Origin: Tubulanus polymorphus
Taxonomy: Eukaryota; Animalia; Nemertea
DNA length: 64,000 nucleotides
Reading direction: 5' to 3'
Assembly: GCF_964204645.1 (NCBI RefSeq)
Contig: NC_134025.1
Span: 18,761,101-18,825,100 of the forward strand
Of the stretch, positions 14,221-26,203 are shown piece by piece; the first letter of the stretch is position 1, and every line of letters starts with the position of its first letter. Under the pieces are notes generated by a model. It had not been told where the DNA came from and ran no database searches. It saw only the letters and a program-made list of their open reading frames with translations. Made by a program: the position numbers and the translations under genes.

Positions 14221-14238
14221 TGGTGGCAGCGGTGGGAT
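14221..14238 (+). promoter_or_regulatory. Primer binding site, tRNA-Leu
   Basis: TGGTGGCAGCGGTGGGAT, 1 nt after the LTR, is complementary to the 3' end (ATCCCACCGCTGCCA-CCA) of metazoan tRNA-Leu(AAG/TAG). Confidence 0.85.
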
Positions 14239-14680
14239 ATCCTTAGCGGAAGAATTAACGTTAGACTTCAAATTTCATACAGATTTGTCACGTATTTTAT
14301 ATATATTATGTAAAGTATCTGTATCATTTATTCTCTTTAAAGAGCAGTTCATTGTTACTAGTAACGGAAGACTTGCTTCACAAACCTTCTCATGTACGTT
14401 CATATATGGAAAATGGTGTTGAAACGTGAATGAAGAACAGTCAAAGTAAAGTTTATCCCGTAACGGTTGCACATGTGTAACATATCAGGTAGTGTTCACC
14501 GGTGAGTGTTAATATTGTGAAAGTTGCGCTTAAGGGGGATTAATCGTTCGAAATTCCTTTTTGCACACCAATTGTTCATACTGTTCACGTTGTTGTACTG
14601 GTCACTTGGTCAGCTTTGATACTGCTTGCTTTCGTATATTGAATGTATGTATTGATATGTTGTTTAATCTTTGATGCAAA

Positions 14681-17290
14681 ATGGATTTAGAGAAATTAAT
14701 TAATCTTGGCAAGAAATTGGGGTATGAAGGTAAAGAGTTGCAAAGTTACTGTTCTGAGCAACAGAATTTAGAAAGAGAACGTGAGCAACAGAATCTCGAA
14801 CGTGAGGAGCGTAGGTTGCGTCGGGAACATGAGTTAAAAGTCCTGGAAGCACAAGCACGTTTACCAGCACCGGCACCTGGTGGTGGGGATAGAACGGCTC
14901 CTTAACTACCCTGGTTTGACGAGAAGCGAGATGACATTGATGTCTATCTGCTGCGGTTTGAGAGACACGCAGTATGTCAAAAATGGGATAGAGCATTGTG
15001 GTCTGTTCATCTAAGCGCTCTTTTGTCAGGTAAGGCATTAGAAGTTTATTCTAGACTCCCTTCTACGGAGATAAATGACTTTGATAAACTTAAATTGGCT
15101 TTACTTAAGAGATTTGCTCTCACAGAAGATGGCTTTAAAAAGAAATTAAAATCTTCTCGCCCTGAGACGGGCGAGACTTTTACACAATTCTCTGTACGAC
15201 TAGAAAATTATGCCATACGTTGGATTGAATTGTCTGGTACAGAGAAGTCATATGATCAATTATTAGATTTAATCCTGCGTGATGCTTTTATTCAAGCTTG
15301 TAATCGGGATTTAGCTATGTTTCTCAAGGAACGGACGCCTAAATCTTTGTCTGAGATGGTTAAATTAGCTGATCAGTATTGTGAAGCTCATGGCGGCGAT
15401 GCAATTGGTTTGTCTCGTAGTAAGCCATCAAAACCAGCGTTTTCTAAACAGGTTTCAGTCCTGGAGAATAGTAAGACGTCCGAGAAACCGAGGGATGGGA
15501 ACGATGGTATAACTTCGACTGAAGGTAAATCATCAAGGTTTAAGATTGCTAGACCGACTTGTGAATATTGCAATAAGAAGGGGCATACTGTTGAAAGATG
15601 TTATAGTAAACACCCTGACTTAAGACCAGTTCAAAACAGTTCTGCTGCTAGTTTAAGAGACAGTCATTGTTTATTTGAAACTAGTAATCTACCATTGTCT
15701 AAAGGTAAAGTAGGTAATTTTACTGTTGTTATGTTAAGAGACTCTGGTTGTAGTGGAGTTGTGGTGAGTAGACGTCTGGTTGACGCTTCTCAGTTTACAA
15801 ATGAGACACAGGAATTTATTTGTGTCGATAGTAGGGTTATTCGCGCCCCAGTTGCGAGAATACATGTAGATACACCCTATTATACTGGTGAATGTGATGC
15901 TTGGGTTATTGATTCCCCTAGTTACGAGTTAATTATAGGGAATATTCCGGGTGCTAGGCATCCAAATAATCCAAATGGTTTATGGCAGGTAGGCGAGACG
16001 CACGCAGTCCAGACTAGGGCTAAAAAATTGAGTGAGACTCGCAAGATGCCGCCGTTAGATGTTCCGGTTATTGAAGGTAATCAGTCACCTTCTGAGTTTA
16101 TAAATTCACAAGAACGTGATGAAACTTTATACAACGTACTTCGATTAGGCAAACAAGGTGTAGTGAAGTCTAAACCTAATGGAGCAACGTCTCAGTTTGT
16201 TTTTAAAAATGGTATTCTTTTTAGGAGGTTTTCATCACCTAAGGTGAGAAACGGTCACGTATTCATGCAGGTAGTAGTTCCAAAATCCCATAGGTCGAAA
16301 GTCATGGCAGTTGCGCATGAATCTCCCATGAGTGGTCATATGGCTGCTGGCCGGACTAAGGACAGGGTACGCGAGCATTTTTACTGGCCTGGTGTTGATT
16401 CGGACATTATTCGTTTCTGTCGCTCATGTGATATATGTCAAAAAACTTTTCCTAAAGGCAAAGTACCTAGAGCTCCATTATGTAATCTTCCATTGATTGG
16501 CACCCCATTCGAGCGTGTTGCGGTTGATTTAATAGGTCCAATCACGCCTAAGACCGAAAAGGGTAACCGATATATTTTGACTCTAGTAGATTTTGCTACT
16601 CGGTATCCTGAGGCTATAGCATTACGCGCAATTGATGTAGAGCCGGTAGCAGAAGCTTTATTAGATATTTTTTCTAGAATGGGTATACCTAGAGAAATCC
16701 TCTCTGACAATGGAGGCCAATTTACAGGTGAAATGATGAAAGAGGTACATAGATTGATTTCAGTTCGAGGCATAACGACCACACCATACCATGCCATGGG
16801 GAATGGATTGTGCGAAAGATATAATGGCACTTTAAAGTCGATGCTGAAGAAGGTATGTAGTAATAAGCCCGAAACTTGGGATCGTTATCTGAGCGCAGTA
16901 TTGTTTGCTTATAGAGAGGTGCCTCAGGAAAGTACAGGATTCTCCCCGTTTGAATTAATATATGGATTCAGAGTAAGAGGTCCAACCGCAGTTCTTAAAG
17001 AACTCTGGACAAAAGAGTTTCCAGATCCAGATGTGCAAACTGTGTACCAGTATGTATTAGATCTTAAAGATCGGTTTGAATTTTCTGTTAAATTAGCACA
17101 AGAAAATTTAACAAGTGCTGCTAAAAAACAAAAGAAGCAGTACGATCGTAAATCTAAACTGCGTAATCTGAAGGTTGGTGAAAGAGTTTTACTTTTACTA
17201 CCAAGTAAGACAAATAAATTGCTTCTACAATGGAGGGTCCATACTCTATTGTTGAGAAAGTTAATGATCTCGATTACAGAATTAGGATAG
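14681..17290 (+). pseudogene. gag-protease-integrase part of the polyprotein, disrupted
   Basis: ORFs 14681 and 14996 are in the same frame, separated by one TAA at 14903-14905 (P*LPWFDE..DDIDVYLLRFERHA, expected PKLP). SCAN-like capsid CTD, CEYCNKKGHTVERC knuckle, LRDSGC protease, H-H-C-C zinc finger, D(VAVDL)-D(LSDNG)-E(LCER). Frameshift at ~17234 breaks the W(K)GPY motif. Confidence 0.9.
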
Positions 17291-17303
17291 GAAAAAAGTT
17301 AAA

Positions 17304-18878
17304 GTGTATCATATAAATATGCTAAAACTTTATGTCGAAAGGGAACCAAACTGTGGATCAGTTGGAGTTGCAAATGTATCTGTTATTACATGCTCTACGT
17401 CAGAGGACGAAGTAAGTGATGACTTAATTGAATCCCTTTGTCCAACAGTTAAATCTAGTGAAACCCTAGATGATGTTAAGTTTGGTTCAGATCTGAGCCC
17501 TGATCAAGTGGTGTTAGCCAAACAAACTTTGACCGAGTTTACTGATATATTAACTGATTTGCCTGGTAAGACTGATGTTGTTCAGCATAACATTGTTTTA
17601 ACTACGGAAAAACCTATCCGTACCAAACAGTATCCTCTTCCATTTAAGTCGCAGGATATATTGGAGAATGAGATCGTGAAAATGGAAAAGTTAGGTATTA
17701 TAGAGGATTCATATTCTCCATATTGCTCTGCATTATTATTGGTAAAGAAACCTGATGGAACGAATAGGGTATGCATTGATTTCCGCCCTATTAATCGTGT
17801 CACAGTATTCGATGCCGAGCCCATGGGAGACCCGGAGTTGCTCTTCACGAACCTAGCTGGTGCGAAGTATTTAACTCAAATCGACTTGACTAAAGGATAT
17901 TGGCAAGTACCATTACATCCTGATGCAAAAATATATACCGCTTTTGCAAGCAGCAAGGGTTTAAAACACTTCAAAATGATGCCTTTTGGGCTGGTCAACG
18001 CTGGGGCTACATTCAATCGATTAGTTCGGCAGGTCATCAGCGGTTTATCATGTGTAAGTAATTTTGTAGATAACATTATCGTCGCAACGAAAGAAACCTG
18101 GGAACATCATTTGTCCGTCATTGTAAGCCTATTTATTCGCCTGCGAAAAGCTGGTCTTACAGCTAGACCTAGCAAGTGTGAGGTAGGGTTTTCTAAGTTA
18201 CCATGTTTAGGATTTGTTGTAGGTCAAGGTTCGTTAGAACTTAATGCAGAGAAAGTGGAACCTGTTATTCGGGCACAACGCCCAGTAACGAAAAAACAGG
18301 TAAGATCGTTTATTGGAATGGTTTCATTTTACGCACGATTTATACCAGATTATGCTATGATTGCCACACCTTTAACGAATCTTACACGTAAAGGTGAGCC
18401 AAATAAGGTGATTTGGGGCCCAGAAGAATATAGAGCATTTGAGACTCTTAAAAAAGCTCTTTGTTCAAGCCCCATACTTAAATTACCAGACTTGGAGAAA
18501 GTTTTCATTTTGCGCACCGATGCTTCTGATATAGCGCTTGGCGCAGTACTCTTACAGGAAAGTAATGAGGTCAAATTCCCTATCTGTTACGCCAGTAGGA
18601 AGTTAAAGCCCAGTGAAAAGAATTATGCTGTCATAGAAAAAGAGTGTCTGGCCATCATATGGGCAATTAAGAAGTTTGAGCGATATCTATATCTATCTCA
18701 GTTTATTTTAGAAACTGATCACCAGCCACTTATTTACCTCAATCGTTCGAAAGTGAGCAATACACGACTTATGCGATGGGCACTAACTTTGCAACAATTT
18801 CAATTCACTGTTAGGGCTATTAAAGGTTCTGAAAATGTTGGAGCCGATTATCTCAGTAGAATATATAGTGCTGAGTAA
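17304..18878 (+). pseudogene. Reverse transcriptase-RNase H part of the polyprotein
   Basis: RVCIDFRPIN, IDLTKGYWQV, MPFGLVNAGATF, catalytic motif reads FVDN instead of (Y/F)xDD; RNase H TDAS..EKEC..TDH..ADYLSR. Joined to the integrase frame through a second 1-bp deletion at ~17302. Confidence 0.9.
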
Positions 18879-19117
18879 AACTAGAAATATTAAACTATAA
18901 TGAATATAGATTATTCAAATTCTGGGTGATATTATTGTTTAAAGTGTATATTGTGTTTTTCCTTTCTTGTTCTAATACAGACCATGGATTGAACATTGTG
19001 ACAGGTTGAACATTGGTGGTGTATACAGTTTTATATTTTGATACACATGTATATTATGTTTATTGCTTATATTGCTTTAGGTCGTGGTATTAAAATTGTG
19101 GGACAATTTTCTTATTG

Positions 19118-19127
19118 CGGGGGCATG
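19118..19127 (+). promoter_or_regulatory. Putative short polypurine tract
   Basis: G-rich CGGGGGCATG immediately before the 3' LTR; position is right but the tract is short. Confidence 0.4.
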
Positions 19128-19961
19128 TGTCACGACCTTGCATTCATAACTTCATATATTCATGCATTCTACATGCATGCATAGCTTATAGCTAGCTGTG
19201 TGTTTGTTGGGATCGGCGCACCTTTCTCAATGTGACCATTCAACCCTAGCGGTCAATTCTATATAAGATTTGGTTTAAGCGTCGTTTCACTAGACACGAC
19301 AAACCCGTCCAGCTGTTAGGACACCGTATTGGGTGTAGTATAGTAACACATGTATGCTGTTCACGGGGTAAGTTAAACTATTCTAATATTCATTCTTAAT
19401 AATCATTCCAAGCAAATTGCTTAATAGATAAACCATTGTATCTTCGGATAAACCATCTTCGGATAAATCTTTGTATTATAATCAAATAACATTACAATTG
19501 AGACGCACGTTTGGTTTGCAGGGTTTATGACCCTTATAAATGTCGTAACAATAATTGTTGTTGTCTTTTAGTTTGTGAATTATATCCACTCAGATACGTC
19601 AAGTGAGTGCGTGTCTCGAAACCTCCCGTACTCAAGCTACGCCAGTTAGTGCGGTTAACGTCTGAGCGCCTGATATTTCAGTTACTAACGGACGGTCGTC
19701 AACATTCGCAATATCCTGGGAGACCCACATACGTTGATCAGTGTGCACCCATCAAGGTCACGTCTCACTCGGATACCACCACGGCTCACTACTGGAGAAG
19801 TGTGATCAAACTCTAACTCTAACTCCATTCTAATTAACTGTAGAACTTACGTTGGAATAAATTTGTAATTCGTTTTGTTTTAATTTAAGAATTCTTGTCG
19901 TCCGTTGTTGATTCTCTGCTATCGGATATCCTATTGGGGTTTTCCACGGACCCTCGTGACA
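19128..19961 (+). repeat. 3' LTR (834 bp)
   Basis: Matches the 5' LTR except for the absent 35-bp duplication, one G>A and a local rearrangement (+7 bp) at ~19440-19455. Confidence 0.95.
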
Positions 19962-20004
19962 GGGAACAATGGATGGTTTATTGATTAAATGGTGAAAGAG
20001 GCGA

Positions 20005-20932
20005 ATAACATATGAAGAAGTCGATTCGGTGATGAGAAAAACGACCGAGCAATACTCACGTTCTTAAACCAAGTTATTAATAGACGCAACTTACTGACGA
20101 GAGAAATCCCACGATAACAAAGCCAAAATTCATTCTGATATAGAATTTTTCAATTTTGGCTTTGTTATTGTGGGATTTCTCTCGTCATCATCATACACGG
20201 ATATTGTGTATCTTCTCGTCTAACTTACTGACGTAGCTACAGCTGACCGCGCTCGCGGTCTGCAGACGTGCGTACGCAATCGGGTTTAGACGTCTGGATT
20301 GGCTCGCGCCATCACCTGGCGATTTGTTGTCAAGGTCGAGGTTGTTTATCAGCAGAATAGACATAGTTACGTAAAATGTCTGGACTACGGCATAGTGTAT
20401 ACCAGCGCCACCTGGCGAATAAGTAACAGCGAGAAAATCTGACTTGTTCCTTATTGGGAGATGAATTCTCAATAGTAACAAGTTACTTGTTCCTTATTGG
20501 GAGATGAATTCTCAATAAGTAACGAAAATTGAACCGGTAAAGACGAAAATCTGAATAAGAAACAAGGAAGAAGTAACAAGTTACTTGTTCCTTATTGGGA
20601 GATGAATTCTCAATAAGTAACGAAAACCGAATCAGACATAACATATGAAGAAGTCGATTCGTTGACGAGAAAAACGACCAAGCAATACACACGTTCTTAA
20701 ACCAAGTTATTTATAGAAGCAACTTACTGACGTAGCTACAGCTGACCGCGCTCGCGGTCGGCAGACGTGCTTACGCAATCGGGTTTAGAGTAGACATATC
20801 AGCAGAGTAGACATAGTTATGTAAAATGTCTGGGCTACGGCATAGTGTATACCAGCGCCACCTGGCGAATAAGTAATAGCGAGAAAATCTGACTTGTTCC
20901 TTATTGGGAGATGAATTCTCAATAAGTAACGG
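20005..20932. repeat. Modular repeat with internal tandem duplication; related to 37900-38342 (inverted) and to 9640-9860 and 12640-12980
   Basis: CTTGTTCCTTATTGGGAGATGAATTCTCAATAAGTAAC occurs 4 times; the block ACTTACTGACGTAGCTACAGCTGACCGCG...CAGCGCCACCTGGCGAATAAG occurs twice. Confidence 0.8.
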
Positions 20933-21194
20933 GTAAGCCGGGAACCAGAAGCTGGCTCCCGGTTCCCAATTCGTGTGAATATTACGGGTTCAAGGCCCGG
21001 AGCTGCAGTAGAGGGGCAGAGACCTGAAGAAAACGACGCGAACTCGATGGATTCCTTACTACAACTGTAGATATATGTTTATTTCTCACTATACAGTATT
21101 GTAGTATTGTTGCTGGGTCGCACATGTGGTCCGAATAAGCTAATCTAAATAAACTGAGTTAAGAGAGCGGTGAGAAATTATCGACAATTCGGCT

Positions 21195-21583
21195 CCTGAG
21201 CCGAACCAGTAGCCGGCTCCCGGTTCCCGATTCGGCTCCCGATTCAGCTCCCGATTGAAAATGATTTTGAATCGGGAGGAAATCGTCACACGCATGGTGT
21301 TAATTCAGACGTCTCGATTAGCCTGGTGGCCGAGGTCAAGGTTGCACTCATTTCAGCAGACATAGTTATGCAATTATGTTTACCTGCTGTCCGCAATAGA
21401 GTCGAATCGAATAAGTAGCCAGCTTCACATTTCGAGAGCCGAACCAGTAGCCGGCTCCCGGTTCCAAATTCGGCTCCCGATTCAAAATGGTTTTGAATCT
21501 GGAGTCGAACCAGTAGCCGGCTACCGGTTCCCGATTCGGCACCCGATTGAGCTCCCGATTCAAAATCATTTTGAATCGGGAGT
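21195..21583. repeat. Inverted copy of the 3990-4385 repeat
   Basis: Reverse-complement match, e.g. GAAATCGTCACACGCATGGTGTTAATTCAGACGTCTCGATTAGCCTGGTGGCCGAGGTCAAGG. Confidence 0.8.
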
Positions 21584-22429
21584 TAGACATTGTCATATAA
21601 AATAACATGTTTATGTTATTCTGTATGAATTACCCGTGTGTCATGTATGTTGTATTTTCTTATTTTAAAATTTGTATTTATTGAAATTGGGAATTTTATC
21701 CCGGAATTTCAATGTAATAAGGATCAATAAAGAATTGAATTGTCACCTAATACACATGCCATCAGAGGACGCGGAGCCGTATATGACAGCTATGCTATTA
21801 TAAATTGCTAATCTCACGAAACCTGCATACCCCTAATATCGAACATATTTTCTAAAACATTTGAATATTGAAATAATATGTTTACACATTTTCATATTGA
21901 CCGCTTGTAGCCGCTGATGAAATTCACGCCGGCCCTACACACATCGTAGATAGCTTCGTCATTCCACCAGCATCCCCACGTCAGAGTCTGACTTTTATAT
22001 CAGACTTCCGCTTCGTGTATACATCTGCCATTTAACCGAATAATCCGATTTACATATCATTTCGATTTATGCCTGCCGCTTCTGATATAATCATACATCC
22101 TTTACTATTACAATACGTGTTCTAATGATATTTAATGCAATATAACATTTCGACGTTCAAATATAGGTAATTATATAATCACATGAAGCCATTCTACATC
22201 TATGTCAATAATATTTTGCCAAATAGCTTGTATGTGTACACATAGACCTGTGACGTTTTGTACATCGATTTATGTCTGTCGTTAGTAAAATGACGCTGAA
22301 TGGTTAACATTGTTTAGGTTTCATAATGGTAACGTTTTATAAGGCGTCAAAAAATTGGGACCCATTCAATGAGGTGACATGTTTTTCTGAGCTTTGTCAA
22401 TATCAGATAATGATCTGTTAAATCAGTCC

Positions 22430-23352
22430 TACAGTAGGACAAGTGGCAATTGAAAGATTTTACAAGCATGACCTGTACAGCGCCCACTAGATATCAGATT
22501 GGGAAAATGGCTCGGCAACATTTAGCCCATGGCCAAAAATATTGACATACCAAATTTTGTCAAGAGAGAGTAAATTTGGAAAACCGCTCTATAAGCTTTT
22601 AGCCCTTATCCATAGTATCTACATACCGAGTTTCATCAACTTCTGACAACAATTGTAGGATGAATAGCGATATAAAGATTTTACAAGCCTGTATAGCGTC
22701 CCCTAAAGATCAAATTGGGAAAACGGCTCTATAACATTTTGTCTCTTGGCCTGTAGTATCTATAAACCAAGTTTTGTCAAGATCGGATTATAAGTGACAT
22801 ATTATAGGACAAGTAGCGATTTAAAGATTTTACAAGCGCCACCCGTACAGCACCCCCTAGAGTTCAAATTGGGAAAACGGCTCTATTACTTTTTAGCCCA
22901 TGGCCCGTAGTATCTACATACCAAGTTTCGTCATTATTGGACAATAATTGTAGGACAAATAGCGATTAAAAGATTTTCCAAAGGCAACCTGTACAGCGCC
23001 CCCCTAGAGATCAATTTGGGAAAACAGCTCTATAACTTTTTAGCCCTTGGCCCATAGTATCTACATACCAAGTTTTGTCAACATCAGACAATAATTGTAG
23101 GACAAGTAGCGATTTAAAGATTTTCCAAACGCCACCCTTACAGCTCGCCCCCTAGAGATCAAATTGGGAAAACGGCTCTGTAACTTTTTAGCCCTTGGCC
23201 CATATTAGCTTCATACCAAGTTTGGTCAAGATTAGAAAACTGTAGCACTAGTAGCAAATTGAAGCAAAAATTGACGGAGGACGGACGAACAGGCGGACGA
23301 CGACGGATAATCACCCTTACCCATCACCTTCGGTCACCGCGGAGCTAAAAAA
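22430..23352 (+). mobile_element. Helentron-associated (HINE/DINE-1-like) non-autonomous element with central ~147-bp tandem array
   Basis: About 5.5 tandem units (AAAGATTTT at 22674, 22822, 22969, 23116), then a (GACG)n-like microsatellite, a degenerate stem-loop and GAGCTAAAAAA; this is the modular layout known for HINEs. Confidence 0.65.
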
Positions 23353-24284
23353 TTAATACTCCCAGTGATTTTGCCGCTGGCTTCAAACTGAGTTTAACAA
23401 TAGTGTATTTTTTTTTACCAAATGTACCAGATATTTACTACGATTAATTATTAAAGCACCGGTGAGTCGTAGGCCTAAACTAAACACGCCGAACTGATGC
23501 AGCGGAGAAAAACTGCTGTGTTGACGAGGTATGTAAATGCTGTTGTGGTGACGAGGTATCAAAATAAATGAATTTATTACTACCAGTGATTCGGCCGTGG
23601 GCTTCAACCATTCATCAATATTCTATTTTTCCTACAGTACATGCCGATCTTTACCAAATCCACAGTATATTGACAAAAAACCTGTATATAACAGATTCTT
23701 ATCCGTAAGCTGGACTCACGCCTGATATACGGAGTAAGTGTTTTCGATGCTGCGACAGATCTAGGCCGCTTTAAGTGTTTATTGAGTTGTACGCGACCTT
23801 AAGGCCTAATGTGTTTTCACTGTTTCAAACAAACAGTAAAATTGCTGCAATTATTTACGGACATTGATTGAACTTCAAACAAAATTTGCAATAAAAAATC
23901 CAGCAACAGAAGATTTGTTTCTTCACAATCCGAAAAATGAAATGGATTTTACGAATTGAATACACCAGAGACCTACCCCAGTTAAATAAGGTGTAGGAAT
24001 ACGATGTTCAGGAGGGTTGAATAGCAATAGGCCTAAGCGCCTTCTGTCAGGCCTACGCGCATACGTAGGCCTACATATAAGATTATTTTTCAAAAGTTGT
24101 TAGCATTCGTCTGAGCAGGCAGCTTTATAAACCAGATTTTTCATTTGAGTTTTTTCATCATGAAAATAAAACTGGTATTTTATTAATTCCTGATGACTTG
24201 AGTTACTACGGAGCCCAAGATGAAAAAGATCCTTTCTTCATTTGAACATATTTTGTTCGATCGAACAAAATTGATTTTGTTTGA

Positions 24285-24362
24285 TCCTAATAGCTTGTTT
24301 AGTAATCCCTGATGTAGTACCTTATCAAATGCTTTTTCGAAATCTATAAAGATGGTAAGGCG
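24285..24362 (-). pseudogene. Small non-LTR retrotransposon (LINE) RT fragment
   Basis: LTIFIDFEKAFDKVLHQGLLNKL matches the FxDxxKAFDxVxHxxLLxKL motif of LINE RTs; isolated fragment. Confidence 0.7.
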
Positions 24363-24469
24363 TAACAATTGAATCAAAAAACCATCTGGTCCAATCATCC
24401 ATGGTTTTTAAGTAAGCCCAATTGACTGTTTGTAGACCTTCATTTTATAAAACCGTGTTGACTGTTGAA

Positions 24470-24513
24470 CAGAATGGTTCATAATATTTCATATCTCTTA
24501 CTATATGAAATGC

Positions 24514-24558
<45 letters not shown>

Positions 24559-26155
24559 GTATTAATAATGTAATATAACTTATGAATATAGTATCAATAT
24601 GTGCTTTATCGTAATCAACATGTCAGACTACTCAATATGTATTCAAAGTAATAAGCTTTAGTCAGTGCTCATCATTAATTAATTTATGTCTCTCAAACAT
24701 GTCACTAGTTGTTAGTTTGACGTCTACAACTTGTCTGACACCTAGTTCTCACATTATACTCATGATTCTGTATATAAAGACGATGTAAAGTTATGATAAT
24801 CATTCTCATTCCGGTCCCCAGCCAGCCTGCCGATACAACAACCAGCTGGTAACAGATGGGGAGAACCTGAATTTAAGTCCTCGTGACTTACACCAGTACA
24901 GATGAAGCTGTTAAACTATTGATTGTGACTGGAACGTGGACCTCACGAGAAGATCGTATTCAACTAAACCTGTGACAAGATGGCCGTACAGATCGTGAAC
25001 ATTGCTGCTGTTTCAGTGGATACAATGCATAACGGTAACTTTTTGTCAGCCGAAGGTAATATAGTTGCTTCTTTGTCTCGAATTAGTGGTCAGATGAAGA
25101 TGATAGAAAATTATAGGAATTTGGATATAAGATACTACCGTACGATCAAGAAAGTTATCGCCGGTTTAAATAGTATGATTCACAATTCTTTTTTCTAGCT
25201 ATCTAGTTCCAATCAGCAAAAATCAATTTCAGTTTCATTTCGTACTATAAGTATTAGAATACGGTACACTTCTCAGAGAATATGGCTATGGTTAATTAGT
25301 CAAATTCATCTACTTACACTACAGTGCGTATCTATACTTTTTTTCGCAACAAACTATTTCGACTAAACTAAAGGTTTAATCGGCAAATTTCATTTCCACA
25401 GGTTCATATCTTTTGTTTGTTAGTATAACTGAAAAGTGAAGATGAATTGGTTAAATTTTTTATGTGGACAAATATATAATCTCAATTACACCTGACCACT
25501 TATTTTGGATGATGATCATTTTTCCTTTTGGTTGACAAGGGTAACTGTATTTGTGTTGTGTCTTTGCCTGGACACTGAGCTAAAGTCGGATGTTACATGT
25601 TACTATTATTATAACATACAATTAAGTCACAAAGCTATTTCCAGTCAGTCACCTACATATCTTCGAGACACAGAAATGCCTGCTACTTACTATCACCAAC
25701 TGATCTTCAGGATGCTATTGCTAGTAATAATGATGCTACTCAACCCGTTACTAGTTCTGTTCACGGATATTCAAATTACGATAACGATTCAGCAATTCAA
25801 CGCCGGAGATCGTCAATAGATCGCACGTTAAATTGAAATGTCAGTTCTTGTGTCGCAAGGGCAGATGAATATATCTTTCGTGAATGACTATGTATCCGGA
25901 TCACATATCCAGCCGTTAGTATACTGTGATGGGACATTTTTGCGCGGTGAAACTCAATATTGCATGTTTTCGCGGTGGAAGAAGATTTGATGAGCTTACA
26001 GCATCTACGTTTTCCGCAAATTTGGAGGACCAAATTTAATTAGACAAGGGGGCATCTGTCACCCTGTTATAAGTCACATATTTCATAATCATATATACCT
26101 ACAATTTCATATTGAATGGTTCATACTATTTCATATCTCTTACTACATGAAATGC

Positions 26156-26203
<48 letters not shown>

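Larger units (their letters stand above)
13358..19961 (+). mobile_element. Full-length Ty3/Gypsy-group LTR retrotransposon with Gmr1-like order (gag-PR-INT-RT-RH)
   Basis: Paired TG...CA LTRs, PBS, gag with CCHC, DSG protease, HHCC+DDE integrase placed upstream of a Gypsy-type RT/RNase H. Confidence 0.95.

Noticed and set aside
14903-17303. Programmed readthrough or ribosomal frameshifting
   Set aside because: The stop lies early in gag at an expected Lys codon, and two separate shifts fall inside the conserved integrase C-terminal motif; mutation or sequencing error is simpler.
14996-18878. Ty1/Copia classification based on INT-before-RT order
   Set aside because: RT, RNase H and integrase motifs (CIDFR, MPFGL, TDAS, GPY) are Gypsy-type.
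13865-19816. Identical 69-aa ORFs at 13865 and 19607 as a duplicated gene
   Set aside because: They are the same LTR segment, start at GTG and show no recognisable domain.
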